DNA from: Bacillota bacterium
GTDB lineage: Bacteria > Bacillota > Clostridia > Christensenellales > UBA1242
NCBI GenBank assembly: GCA_009780625.1
Contig: WQZR01000003.1
Span: 1-32,600, forward strand
Direction: 5' to 3'
Length of the DNA: 32,600 bases
Part shown: positions 8,993 through 16,419 of the stretch, in pieces
Position numbering within the stretch: position 1 is the first letter of the stretch
Layout of the letters: each line of letters opens with the position of its first letter
Program-made: the position numbers and the translations under genes
Notes under the pieces: generated by a model
What the model was told of the DNA's origin: nothing
Seen by the model: the letters and a program-made list of their open reading frames with translations, nothing else
Databases searched by the model: none

Positions 8993-9833
8993 AGTATATG
9001 AAGAGTTGAAAGAAGCAGGGTTTAGCTTCAAAAAGAAGTTTGGTCAAAACTTCATCACAGACAGAAATCTGCTTGAGGCAATTGCATCTGACGCAAACAT
9101 TTCAAGAGAAGACACTGTTTTGGAAATTGGCGTGGGGGCAGGAACTCTCACAGAAGTTCTTGCGGCGACTGCAAAGCATATTCTTGCGGTTGAAATTGAT
9201 GTTTTGCTTAATGGGTTTCTTTATAAAAAGTTTGAAGATGCTGAAAACGTTTTGCTTCTTTTCAGCGACATATTGGAAATAAAGAAAGAAGACTTACTTA
9301 CAATGCTAGCCCTAGAAAAGGGTGGGAAGTTTAAGGTTGTTGCAAATTTGCCATACTACATCACCACACCGATTATTTTTAAACTGATTGACGATTTTAT
9401 GGAAGAACTTGAAAGCATCACGGTGATGGTTCAAAAAGAAGTTGCAGAGCGAATTGTGGCTAAACCTGGCACAAAGGAATATGGAATCATTTCGGTTAAA
9501 CTAAACGCAGTTGCAAACACAAGAATTTCAAGAACGGTTTCAAGAAAGATGTTTAGGCCAGAGCCAAATGTGGACAGTGCGATGCTTGTTATTGAATTTG
9601 ACGAAGCAAAGAAAAAAGAGTTTGGAGATGTAACATTCGAACAGTTTAAAAAAGTTGTTAGCGGATGTTTTGGAATGAGAAGAAAAACACTTCACAACAA
9701 CTTGGTTTCTGCGCTTAAACTAGATAAGGTGAAGGCAAAAGAGATTATAACTAAATTAGGTTTTAGCGAAGACATTAGAGCAGAAAGGCTTACATATGAA
9801 GATTTCATTCGTCTAACCCGCGAAATATTTTAA
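8985..9833 (+). CDS. rsmA: 16S rRNA m6(2)A1518/1519 dimethyltransferase
   Basis: 'KKKFGQNF', 'LEIGVGAG.LT', 'VEID', 'VANLPYYITTPI', 'MVQKEVAER', 'F.P.P.VDSA' and 'RRKTL.NNL'. Confidence 0.97.
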   Translation: MSRVYEELKEAGFSFKKKFGQNFITDRNLLEAIASDANISREDTVLEIGVGAGTLTEVLAATAKHILAVEIDVLLNGFLYKKFEDAENVLLLFSDILEIKKEDLLTMLALEKGGKFKVVANLPYYITTPIIFKLIDDFMEELESITVMVQKEVAERIVAKPGTKEYGIISVKLNAVANTRISRTVSRKMFRPEPNVDSAMLVIEFDEAKKKEFGDVTFEQFKKVVSGCFGMRRKTLHNNLVSALKLDKVKAKEIITKLGFSEDIRAERLTYEDFIRLTREIF

Positions 9834-9886
9834 TATATAACAAAGTAATATAAAAATTGGCAAACTCTTTGTTTTAGAATGGCAGC

Positions 9887-10681
9887 ATGGGCTATTCTAA
9901 GAAGATTGTTATTCTGAGTGATGTTTCTAATATCAAGAGTGAAAGAAAATGCTATCTGACTCTTGAGTCTATAGGAAGCGAACTTTTTGGGAGCGTTAAG
10001 TTTTTTAATTTTATTCAAGAAAAAGATTTAACACTTGGAATTATGGTGGACGGAGTTATGCTTTCAACCATTCTGCTTAGAAAAGAAACGAACATCTTTA
10101 CCCTAAATATTGAACTTGAAGTGAACAAAGATGTTTTTGCATTGCTTGCGTATGTGGAGAATGGCAAGGCAGAGCCTTGTTTTTTTGGAGGTGGCGGGAC
10201 TCATCAACCACCCTACAAAAAACTGACAAGCAAGGCGTTGGAGTTTAATGGAATTGGTGTTAGACCAAAAATTGATTCAGCTCTGTTTGAATATACAGAA
10301 AAAGAAATTGAAGAAACTGTTGACAAAGAAATGCAGAATGTAGGGGTCGCTGTCCTCAGCGACCCGCAACCTTTTTTCAACTTGGTAGAAGAAGAGATTG
10401 AAGAAATGTTTTTGACATATCCAAAAGAAACAATGCTTGAGAACTCTATTCCAAACAGTCGGTTTTGCAGAGTTAGTTATGGACGGGAAAATATGTTTTA
10501 TGCTCTTGGAATAATTTATGAAGACTTGGTTCCAGAATATATTTGTTATGCAGTTCCAGCAAAAAGCGAAGGAGAAAAACCAAAGGAGTTTGCAAAGTTT
10601 TGCCAATGGTTGCCAACAAAAGTTGGGGGCTTCTTTATGATGTTTCAGGATGCAAAAAGCGGAAAAAGCATCGTTTTTTAG
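9887..10681 (+). CDS. Hypothetical protein
   Basis: 264-aa ORF with host-like codon use; no function recognised. Confidence 0.75.
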   Translation: MGYSKKIVILSDVSNIKSERKCYLTLESIGSELFGSVKFFNFIQEKDLTLGIMVDGVMLSTILLRKETNIFTLNIELEVNKDVFALLAYVENGKAEPCFFGGGGTHQPPYKKLTSKALEFNGIGVRPKIDSALFEYTEKEIEETVDKEMQNVGVAVLSDPQPFFNLVEEEIEEMFLTYPKETMLENSIPNSRFCRVSYGRENMFYALGIIYEDLVPEYICYAVPAKSEGEKPKEFAKFCQWLPTKVGGFFMMFQDAKSGKSIVF

Positions 10682-10716
10682 TTGTTTAAATAAAGCTGGA
10701 AATGTGCTAAAATTAG

Positions 10717-10774
10717 TAGACAAAAAGGTTAAAAATCATTATACTTTGACATAACTCTTTTGTGTAGCTAAAAT
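10717..10774 (+). promoter_or_regulatory. Tandem sigmaA-like promoters
   Basis: TAGACA-17-TATACT (10717-10745) immediately followed by TTGACA-17-TAAAAT (10746-10774). Confidence 0.7.
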
Positions 10775-10808
10775 TGAAAAAATGCATAAATTAAATAGCG
10801 GAGGACAA

Positions 10809-11318
10809 ATGAAGTATATTCGTTGCCCAAGATGTGAACTTAACTATATTCAAAAGAAAGACAAGCTTTGCGGTGTTTGCAAAGGTGAACTTAAAATTTC
10901 AGGTGGAGAAGAATTCAACGAACTGGAGGCGGATTATGAAATCTGTCCTTTGTGTAAAATAAACTATATCACAACAGATGAGGACATGTGCGCAAGTTGT
11001 GCTAAGGAAAGAAGCATAGAACTTGAAAGTGACGACTTTATTGACAGAGAATGGAAAAAATATATCAACGACGAAGATGAAGACGAAGTTGTTAAAGAAA
11101 CAGAAAATCTGAGAGTTGCAGACTATCACGATGAAGAGGAAGAAGAGGAAGAAGACGAAGACGGAATCGACATCGGAGAACTTGCTCTTGATGATGAAGA
11201 CTTCGACGATGAAGCCGAAGGTGAACTAGACATTGAAGGTCTAGCTGATGACTTTGAAGATGAAGAATTTGAAGACGAAGAAGATGAGGACGAAGAAGAG
11301 GAAGAAGACGAAGAATAA
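10809..11318 (+). CDS. Double CxxC zinc-ribbon-like protein with long acidic tail
   Basis: CPRC..NY..CGVC and CPLC..NY..CASC, followed by ~80 aa dominated by D/E. GGAGG RBS precedes ATG 10809. Confidence 0.8.
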   Translation: MKYIRCPRCELNYIQKKDKLCGVCKGELKISGGEEFNELEADYEICPLCKINYITTDEDMCASCAKERSIELESDDFIDREWKKYINDEDEDEVVKETENLRVADYHDEEEEEEEDEDGIDIGELALDDEDFDDEAEGELDIEGLADDFEDEEFEDEEDEDEEEEEDEE

Positions 11319-11348
11319 AAAAATGCCCTAGCAATAGGGCGTTTTTTT
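11317..11348. terminator. Bidirectional intrinsic terminator overlapping the veg 3' end
   Basis: AAAAAAATGCCCTA-GCAA-TAGGGCGTTTTTTT. Confidence 0.85.
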
Positions 11349-11585
11349 GTTTATAACAACATTGCCACACAAAACATCTGTATAAGTTGCTGAGATGTTT
11401 TTTGGCTGTTCTTGCCCAGCGGTTTCCACGCTTAGAGTAAAGACCTGTGGGTAGGTTTCCTTTATTTGCCCAAAATAGGTTTCAATCTTTTTTCTGCCTT
11501 TGTTGATTTTGATTTTTATATCTTGCCCAACAAGTTCTTTAATCTTTTCGCGGACAACTTCGATGCTAGGTGGTTTTTGTTTCAT
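11328..11585 (-). CDS. veg: Veg family protein
   Basis: 'G..I.IK.NKGRKK....G.I.ETYP.VF' and 'TYTDVL.G.V'; located near rsmA as in other Firmicutes. Confidence 0.9.
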   Translation of the reverse strand: MKQKPPSIEVVREKIKELVGQDIKIKINKGRKKIETYFGQIKETYPQVFTLSVETAGQEQPKNISATYTDVLCGNVVINKKTPYC

Positions 11586-11625
11586 ATATATATAGTATGC
11601 ACAAGAAGTTGTTTTTAAAACCTAG

Positions 11626-11654
11626 TTCTAAAATATGGGGAGTGTTAATAGAAT
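11626..11654 (+). promoter_or_regulatory. Putative sigmaE promoter for sipL
   Basis: TTCTAAA-14 nt-AATAGAAT upstream of the AGGAGG RBS. Confidence 0.5.
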
Positions 11655-11681
11655 AGAGCATAAAAAACTCTAGGAGGCACA

Positions 11682-13211
11682 ATGTTTAACATGTCGGGAG
11701 AAACGGTTCACAACATAAACAAGGTTATAAGACTGGCGTCTTCGCAAACCAAGGTTCTGGCTAGGCTTAGCGCAGAAGGGGTGGAAATAAAGCGAGTTCT
11801 TAAAGCAGGCGCAGTTTCGAAGGTTTTAACCCATGAAGTTTTGGAAGGCAGCATTATGGTTGGCGGACTGATTGAAAACTCGGTTATGTTTTTAGACAAA
11901 GACGGCATGGTTAGGCAAATGGAAGGGACTAGCGAATTTAATTTGAAAATTGACGATAGAGCGATTGATATTGAATGTGCTGTTGTTTTTTCTAAGGCTG
12001 TTGTTGTGAGCAGCGAATTTAGGCTGGAGAGTGATTCTGTTGTGTCTATTGAAATTGTTGTTGAAACAGAAATGTTTATAAACAAAAAGCACCAAATCAA
12101 AACAAATATTGTTTCAGACGACAAATGTTTTGTCAAAAGCGAAAAAACAGAAATTCCAACTGTAAGGGCGGTTTCTAGAAAAGAATCTAATTTAGAACTT
12201 ATTATAAAAACAAAGGAAGAGGCAAAACAAATTCTTGAGGTTTCAACAAAGGCCTTTATTAAGGACGTTGTGTTTAAAGGTGGAAACTTGTTTGCAATTG
12301 GGGAGATATATTCTAAAGTAAGCTTTTTGACAAACGATGAAACATCGGAACTTAAAACTGTGTATGACGAAGCAGAGTTTGAAGAAGAACTTATGAATCT
12401 AGAATCGGCACAGTTTGCTTCAGGAGACGCACAAGTTGAGGTTGTTTCAACTTCGGGAAGTGTTAGTGCTAGGGAGATTTCGATTAGAACAAATATAAGA
12501 ATTGATTATGTTGTTTTTGAAAACAAAGAACTTAACCTTGCGCTTGACGCATATTCGACTGCTGCAAATTTAAATTTAGGACTAGACACAACAGTTTTGG
12601 AGGTTCTAAGGTTTAGCCAAAACTTTAAAGATGAAATAAATTCCACAGTTACACTCAAAGTGAAGCCAGACCATAAGGCAAAAGTGAACTCTGTTATTGA
12701 AAAAAACATCACGGCAATCAATGCGTGGACAAAAGACAGGGAATGTTTTGTTGAGGGGTTGGCTAGCTTTTCGGTTATATACGACGAAATAACTCCAGAC
12801 ATGGAGCACAAAGAACTGACAAGTGTTGAAGTGGAGTTGCCTTTTTCGCTAAGTTTTAGGGAACCACAAGCAATTGAAGGCGACAAACTTAGAGTGAGTG
12901 TGAGTTTTAAAAGTACAGACATAAAACAACTTCGAGGAGAAGAGGCAGAAATCAGCAGTTATTTAAACTTCTTTGTTGGAGTGTATAGAACTGAAGAGCA
13001 TGTGCATCTTTCATCTGTAACTGTTGATGAAGCAGTTGAGCAGGAGCATATGGCATTGACTCTATATATTGCAACAGGCGGAGATGATTTGTGGGCAATT
13101 GCAAAAAAACTTAGAGTGGACCCGGCGATTGTTGTTTCGCAGAATCCAGAATGTGAGAGCGAAATAAAGACAGGACAACAGTTGACCATCTTTCGACAAA
13201 GAAACGTCTAG
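11682..13211 (+). CDS. sipL: SPOCS (DUF3794) repeats plus C-terminal LysM spore coat morphogenetic protein, SipL-like
   Basis: ~510 aa with three beta-rich domains ('VEG.....VIY', 'LPFS') and C-terminal LysM 'YIA..GDDLWAIAKKL.V....V..NP.....I..GQ.L.I'; adjacent to veg and spoIIR as in Clostridia. Confidence 0.8.
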   Translation: MFNMSGETVHNINKVIRLASSQTKVLARLSAEGVEIKRVLKAGAVSKVLTHEVLEGSIMVGGLIENSVMFLDKDGMVRQMEGTSEFNLKIDDRAIDIECAVVFSKAVVVSSEFRLESDSVVSIEIVVETEMFINKKHQIKTNIVSDDKCFVKSEKTEIPTVRAVSRKESNLELIIKTKEEAKQILEVSTKAFIKDVVFKGGNLFAIGEIYSKVSFLTNDETSELKTVYDEAEFEEELMNLESAQFASGDAQVEVVSTSGSVSAREISIRTNIRIDYVVFENKELNLALDAYSTAANLNLGLDTTVLEVLRFSQNFKDEINSTVTLKVKPDHKAKVNSVIEKNITAINAWTKDRECFVEGLASFSVIYDEITPDMEHKELTSVEVELPFSLSFREPQAIEGDKLRVSVSFKSTDIKQLRGEEAEISSYLNFFVGVYRTEEHVHLSSVTVDEAVEQEHMALTLYIATGGDDLWAIAKKLRVDPAIVVSQNPECESEIKTGQQLTIFRQRNV

Positions 13212-13224
13212 GCGTTTCTTTTTA
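13198..13224. terminator. Probable terminator hairpin overlapping the sipL and spoIIR stop codons
   Basis: AAAGAAACGT-CTAG-GCGTTTCTTT followed by T residues. Confidence 0.55.
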
Positions 13225-13738
13225 TTAAATCCCACAAGATGCTTCTATACTCAACATTATCGCCAGTTCCGCCGGAGATGAAGCAAAGGGGCGGATAAAT
13301 CACGCACCACCAATTTTGGCCGTTTCCATTGCCGAGCGTGATGATTAGGGCATCATAAAACCCGTTTTCCAAAACTGTGCCGTTATAGCTTCTTGTTGGA
13401 AAATGCTCTTGAGATAGCCTTGCTGAAGCTCCATAACCAAAACCGTTTGCTCTAAGCACGGCTATTGAAATTTGCTCAATCATTTTGATGTTATTGTTTA
13501 TTATTTCTATTGCTTCTTTGGCTGAAGACGTGGCTTTGACTCTTGGCTCGATATAGGCAACAACTTCTTCCATGACAAGAAGTTTAACCACTTGGTCTTG
13601 TTGGCTGTCGGAATTTGCTCGAATATGAAACCTCAAAAAGCCTTCTGCCGTTTTTGGGTTTTGGTTGAAAAAACTTACTCCAAAGAACACCAAAGCAAGG
13701 CTGCAAATGACTGATGAAACTATTATCATTTTCTTCAT
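13208..13738 (-). CDS. spoIIR: Stage II sporulation protein R
   Basis: 'LRFHIRANSDS..DQ.VKL.V', 'FPTR.Y....L..G.YDAL.I.LG.G.GQNWWCV.YPPLCF'. Signal peptide begins at ATG 13738. Confidence 0.95.
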   Translation of the reverse strand: MKKMIIVSSVICSLALVFFGVSFFNQNPKTAEGFLRFHIRANSDSQQDQVVKLLVMEEVVAYIEPRVKATSSAKEAIEIINNNIKMIEQISIAVLRANGFGYGASARLSQEHFPTRSYNGTVLENGFYDALIITLGNGNGQNWWCVIYPPLCFISGGTGDNVEYRSILWDLIKRNA

Positions 13739-13785
13739 ATAAAGAGTATTGACGCCAGAGAAAAGAGACAAAAAAGAATTATGTA

Positions 13786-13815
13786 GAATAATAAAAAACA
13801 ATGTTGGTTATATTT
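13786..13815 (+). promoter_or_regulatory. Putative forespore (sigmaF/sigmaG) promoter for the ypeB-like gene
   Basis: GAATA-15 nt-GGTTATATT matches the sigmaF-type consensus GYATA-15-GGnnAnAnT. Confidence 0.5.
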
Positions 13816-13819
13816 ATTT

Positions 13820-14851
13820 ATGGTTAGAATTGCCCTAGTTAGACGCGTTGGTTTTCTTTTTGGAATGCTTATTTTAAGTGTGGCAATGTTCACGTTTTTG
13901 GGGCTGTATGTTGCACAAAAAACGGCACTAGCAGCCAAAGAAAAAGAGTTTGAAAGGATTAGAACACAAAGCCTTATAGAAACACACAAAGTGACAAAAG
14001 ACATCGAAATAGGGCTTATTTCAGCCCTGGCTGCAAGCAATCAGGCAAATCAACACAATGCACTAACCAATGTGCATTACAATTCTAGGTATGGTTTAGG
14101 GCTTGTTGAAACGTTGCCTTTAAACACAGAAAGCAAAGAACAAATGGCACATTTTTTTGGTGTTTTGGTGGAATATTCTCTTGCGGTTTCTGGCAGTGTT
14201 TTGTCTTCTTTAAATAGGGAATCTTTGAATGAAATTTTGGGAGCAACCACCATTGTTTTGGCAGGTTTAGACTCACTTGTGGAAAGAAATGAGAGAGGTG
14301 AAAAACTGGCCAATGAATCTATTTTTAGAAGTGAAGTGAGGGATGTTCTGAATAAAGATGCTTTTAGAAATAGTGCAGTTCTTGCTAGTGCAAAAGTTTT
14401 AAACACAAGGCCGCTGACAGTTGAAGAGGCTGAAGTTAGGGTTTTAACACAGTTTAATAACAAGGGAATAAGAAGCCATAGGCTTATTGGGAGAAACAGC
14501 GGAACATATGAATTTGAGTTGACGCTTAGACACAATGAACGTGTTAGAGTCTTTGTTTGTGAGACTATAGGAGTTGTTGTTCGAATGGAGAGAAATGAAG
14601 TCCCGAGGGCTATGAACATAACCAATGAGATTGCAACAACCAATGCCAAAAGATTTGTTTTGGAACAAGGCATAACAACTCTTGAGGTTTTTAATATTGC
14701 ACCAGCTGGAAGAACTGTTGTTGTTTATATGGCGCCAAGGAAAGACGGGAAGTTTCTTATAGAAAACCGCGTGAAACTTGTTGTGAGTCTTGATAGTGGC
14801 AATGTTATATTTATGGACGCAAGTGTGTTTTATTTGTCGAAATTTGTATAA
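13820..14851 (+). CDS. ypeB: Germination protein YpeB-like (PepSY domains), divergent
   Basis: N-terminal TM helix, 'LP' helical region ('LVETLPL....QMAHFF....EYS'), and C-terminal PepSY-like 'VKL.VSLD.G.V...DA..F'; near spoIIR. Confidence 0.65.
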   Translation: MVRIALVRRVGFLFGMLILSVAMFTFLGLYVAQKTALAAKEKEFERIRTQSLIETHKVTKDIEIGLISALAASNQANQHNALTNVHYNSRYGLGLVETLPLNTESKEQMAHFFGVLVEYSLAVSGSVLSSLNRESLNEILGATTIVLAGLDSLVERNERGEKLANESIFRSEVRDVLNKDAFRNSAVLASAKVLNTRPLTVEEAEVRVLTQFNNKGIRSHRLIGRNSGTYEFELTLRHNERVRVFVCETIGVVVRMERNEVPRAMNITNEIATTNAKRFVLEQGITTLEVFNIAPAGRTVVVYMAPRKDGKFLIENRVKLVVSLDSGNVIFMDASVFYLSKFV

Positions 14852-14883
14852 TTTTGAACAAAAGTATTGTATAATGAATCTAT

Positions 14884-16155
14884 ATGATTTTCACCAAAGA
14901 ACAACTTATTGATTTAGGTATACACGAGCTTAGAGTGATAGGGCGTGAAGTTGGCGTTAAGAGCCCTTCTTCTTTGACTAAAGATGTTCTTGTGAGAGAG
15001 ATTTATCAAATATCGAACAAACAAAAACTTCCAAACATGAAGCATACAAGAGGCAGACCAGCAAAGGTTGGAACAGGTTTGATTTTTGACAGAACAAGGC
15101 TTTCTAAAGACGAAGGCTTTTTGAATCCAGAGTTTGTGGAGCTTGGAAGCAGCACAATTGACGAAAGCGAATTATATGAAACAGTTGAAACAATTGGCTA
15201 TATAGACATTCTAAGTTCTGGACACGGAGCGATTAGAGAACAGTTTATTCCAAATGTGGAGCAAGATGCAATCATCACAGATGCGCTTATAACCAAGCAC
15301 GAACTTAAGTCTGGAATGAGGGTTAAGGCAATATGCAAAAAGTTTAAAAACAGAAACCTAAGTGTTGCAACAGAAATTTTGGAGAATTATTCAAAAGAAA
15401 GCAGAGTTGATTTTTCAACACTTAAAAAAGCCCCTGCAAACAAAAGGCTTGTATTTGTTGACGATTTGAAACTATATAACAAAATTGCAGTTGTTGGTGC
15501 GGGAGAGAGTGCTCTTATCAGTGCACCGAGCCAAGATTTGGCTGACAGATTGATTTTGAAATTGTTTAATGGGTTGAACGCAAAAAATAAGTGCATGGTG
15601 TATTTCAACCCTAGTCTTGTTATGGAAGAAGGCTTTTCAAAAAAGAAAGATGAAAAAACAATTCTTGTTCCAAAAACAGCAACAACAAGAGTTCAACTTA
15701 AAATGCTGGAACTTATTGTCCAACACAAAAAGAGAATGGTGGAAGCGGGCGAAGATATTGTTTTGTTTGTGAACAACCTAAATATTGTTCTAGATTTGAT
15801 TTCGGACATAAACACAGTGAATGCAAACGTTTCGGCAGAGCAACTTCAGATTTTGAAAGAATTTGTTTTCAGCAGTGGAGACTATGGCAAAGGAAGTTTT
15901 ACGCTGGTTTTGGGTGCTGGAGTTGAAAATCTTAGAGAACAGGTTGTTTATAACTATCTAAAAACTGTTGCTGATGTGAATATTGTGGTTAGTGAAGCGA
16001 ACAGCTTTTTGGTTGGAGATGTTGCGATTGATTTGTTTAAAACAAACTTAGACAGAAACAATGCACTGATTGGTGAGGCAGAGGCAAAGAGACTTAAAAA
16101 ACTTATATATGACACGCGAGATGATTATCTAAAACTGTTGGAAGAAATAAAATAA
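14884..16155 (+). CDS. rho: Transcription termination factor Rho homolog with degenerate ATPase motifs
   Basis: Rho N-terminal helix bundle ('ELR.IGRE.GV...SSL.K..LV..I'), RNA-binding OB fold ('GYIDIL..GHG.IR', 'L.SG..V'), then 'KRMVE.G.DIVL', 'GSFTLV', 'VVY..LK' and 'AID..K'. Walker A and Walker B are lost. Confidence 0.8.
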   Translation: MIFTKEQLIDLGIHELRVIGREVGVKSPSSLTKDVLVREIYQISNKQKLPNMKHTRGRPAKVGTGLIFDRTRLSKDEGFLNPEFVELGSSTIDESELYETVETIGYIDILSSGHGAIREQFIPNVEQDAIITDALITKHELKSGMRVKAICKKFKNRNLSVATEILENYSKESRVDFSTLKKAPANKRLVFVDDLKLYNKIAVVGAGESALISAPSQDLADRLILKLFNGLNAKNKCMVYFNPSLVMEEGFSKKKDEKTILVPKTATTRVQLKMLELIVQHKKRMVEAGEDIVLFVNNLNIVLDLISDINTVNANVSAEQLQILKEFVFSSGDYGKGSFTLVLGAGVENLREQVVYNYLKTVADVNIVVSEANSFLVGDVAIDLFKTNLDRNNALIGEAEAKRLKKLIYDTRDDYLKLLEEIK

Positions 16156-16182
16156 AAGAGGGGTTTGTAGCCCCTCTTTTTT
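16154..16182. terminator. Bidirectional intrinsic terminator after rho
   Basis: AAAAGAGGGG-TTTGTAG-CCCCTCTTTTTT. Confidence 0.9.
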
Positions 16183-16333
16183 GTGGTAAGCAGTTTCGTC
16201 CTTCATCAATTAGATATTCAACTATTCGCAAAATACCACTTTCCTTTAGGTTTCGGGCTTACGCCGGCACTTCCTAAAGCCTTATCGATTGCCTGTTTTG
16301 GCGTTCTGTTTGGTCTAAAGCTTAACTGCTTAG
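16183..16333 (-). ncRNA. Candidate ~150-nt structured non-coding RNA, family unassigned
   Basis: 9-bp closing stem (16187-16195 with 16324-16332), inner 7-bp helix (16244-16250 with 16273-16279) and a GGC-GUAA-GCC GNRA hairpin on the minus strand. Lies between two terminators and has its own promoter-like sequence. Confidence 0.55.
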
Positions 16334-16336
16334 AAC

Positions 16337-16365
16337 TATTATGTGTACGTTATAAAATAATATTC
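16337..16365 (-). promoter_or_regulatory. Putative sigmaG promoter for the candidate ncRNA
   Basis: GAATA-17 nt-CATAATA matches the sigmaG consensus (GnATA...CATAnTA); the predicted +1 falls at the start of the closing stem. Confidence 0.5.
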
Positions 16366-16389
16366 GGGAGAGTGAAGGAAAATTTTTAC

Positions 16390-16419
16390 AAAAAAAGTTG
16401 GGCGAACCCAACTTTTTTT
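16390..16419. terminator. Intrinsic terminator of the giant surface protein gene
   Basis: AAAAAAAGTTGGG-CGAA-CCCAACTTTTTTT directly after the stop codon. Confidence 0.9.

Noticed and set aside
11070-11318. GAA/GAC/GAT-rich repetitive DNA
   Set aside because: Explained by the poly-D/E protein tail; not a microsatellite or CRISPR array.
16193-16209. UUGAUGAAGGACGAAAC on the minus strand resembling a hammerhead core
   Set aside because: CUGAUGA is imperfect and there is no room for stem II between it and GAAA.
16218-16340. Minus-strand frame reading SFRPNRTPKQAI, resembling group II intron RT 'GFRP.R...AI'
   Set aside because: About 40 codons with no start codon and no other RT motif; probably chance within the candidate RNA.
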